Below are positions 62,993 through 64,000 of a stretch of 64,000 bases of DNA, piece by piece. The position numbers and the translations under genes are program-made. The stretch lies in the NCBI GenBank assembly GCA_010405405.1, contig MU004232.1, forward strand, positions 1,817,481 through 1,881,480, read 5' to 3'. The notes under the pieces were generated by a model. The model searched no databases, was not told where the DNA came from, and worked only from the letters and a program-made list of their open reading frames with translations. Source of the DNA: Microthyrium microscopicum (lineage: Eukaryota). Positions within the stretch are counted from its first letter, which is position 1. The number at the start of each line of letters is the position of its first letter.

Positions 62993-64000
62993 ATGTGTGG
63001 AATATACTGTCGCATTAGTCGTCATGGCCATCACCCTGTTCCCAGTACGATCAACGATCTTCTGGCCAAGCGCGGACCATACTCCTTGAAAGAGCATCGT
63101 ACTGTCGTGTCTGGTGTTTATATCACCCTAGTCGCGTCTGTTCTACCATTGCGTGGCTCTGATCTAGTCCCACAACCTCTTGTCGATGAAAATCCGGCAT
63201 CAGTTCTCTGCTGGAATGGCGAAGCATGGAAGATCAATGATGAAGCAGTGACAGGCAATGACTCTCAACTCATTTTCCAGAAGCTCCGAGATGCGGCCTC
63301 GGGAACTGATGCTAGATCCAGTATAGCATCGTTTCTTTCGCAGATTCGAGGACCATTTGCCTGCGTTTTCCTCGATCAATCCTCAGAAAAGCTTTACTTT
63401 GGGCGAGATTGTCTAGGTCGTAGATCACTGGTTAAGACAACAACTTCTGAAGGCGATATAGTCATTTCCAGTGTTCCGTACCATCAGGATCAGGATCTTT
63501 GGACAGAAGTTGAAGCTGATGGCATGTATGTTCTCTCACTAACCAGTCCGCGTCAAGACTTTAATAGTAACGCTTTTGTGATTAATCGAATTCCCTTGTC
63601 TCTTGAAAATGAGCAAGTAGAAGCTGAAACTATCGTAAGTAACAAGCCTTCATTCCGAACATAGAGCTAAAATTTCATAGAGAGTGCCATATCCCGCACT
63701 TTGTGATGAGATACCAAGTGAAGCGCCGCCTTCTCTTCAGCTTACTTCAAAATGTATAGAAACCTTGCATTCACTACTTTTCCACTCTGTGCAACTGCGA
63801 GCCCAGAATCTACCGGACTCTCCAATATCTCCCCTTGGAGTTCTATTCTCTGGTGGACTAGATAGTGCCTTACTAGCATATTACGCCCACCTCACTCTAC
63901 CTTTGGACACGCCTATCGACTTACTCAATGTGGCATTTCAGAACCCTCGGATTCACAAACCCGATTTTGAAGACCCCTACTCATCTTGTCCAGACCGTAA
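62993..64000 (+). CDS. Asparagine synthetase domain-containing protein (ASNSD1-like), truncated by the window end
   Basis: MCGI N-terminal nucleophile start, KRGP, LCWNGE, FGRDCLGRRSL, VLFSGGLDS, IDLLNVAFQNPR, CPDR. Confidence 0.9.

Noticed and set aside
1..64000. CRISPR arrays, rRNA or tRNA genes
   Set aside because: Eukaryotic sequence; no repeat-spacer array or recognisable structural RNA seen by eye. A covariance-model scan would be needed to exclude small RNAs.

Overview
Eukaryotic DNA from a filamentous ascomycete (GT-AG introns with CTAAC/CTGAC branch points, strong RIP signature). Bases 1 to ~15.6 kb are an AT-rich, RIP-degraded block. It holds a minus-strand Tad1-like LINE interrupted inside its RT domain by a full-length Ty3/Gypsy chromovirus (162-bp LTRs, ATACT target-site duplication, apparent self-priming site), followed by RIP-destroyed intron-containing gene relics and an LTR-like segment. 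A transition zone at ~16-19.4 kb holds partly disrupted orphan ORFs. One of them matches, by eye, the motif order of CD38/ADP-ribosyl-cyclase-type NAD glycohydrolases and is the most interesting item here. The rest is gene-dense: MDV1, ARO7, a single-pass membrane protein, an M20 amidohydrolase, SYF1, VMA8, a U1A/U2B''-type protein, two MFS transporters, a secreted intradiol dioxygenase-like protein, an alpha/beta hydrolase, a PUF protein, an AzgA-like permease, VPS9 and an ASNSD1-like gene, plus two MITEs. All calls come from reading the sequence and recalled motifs; no searches were run.
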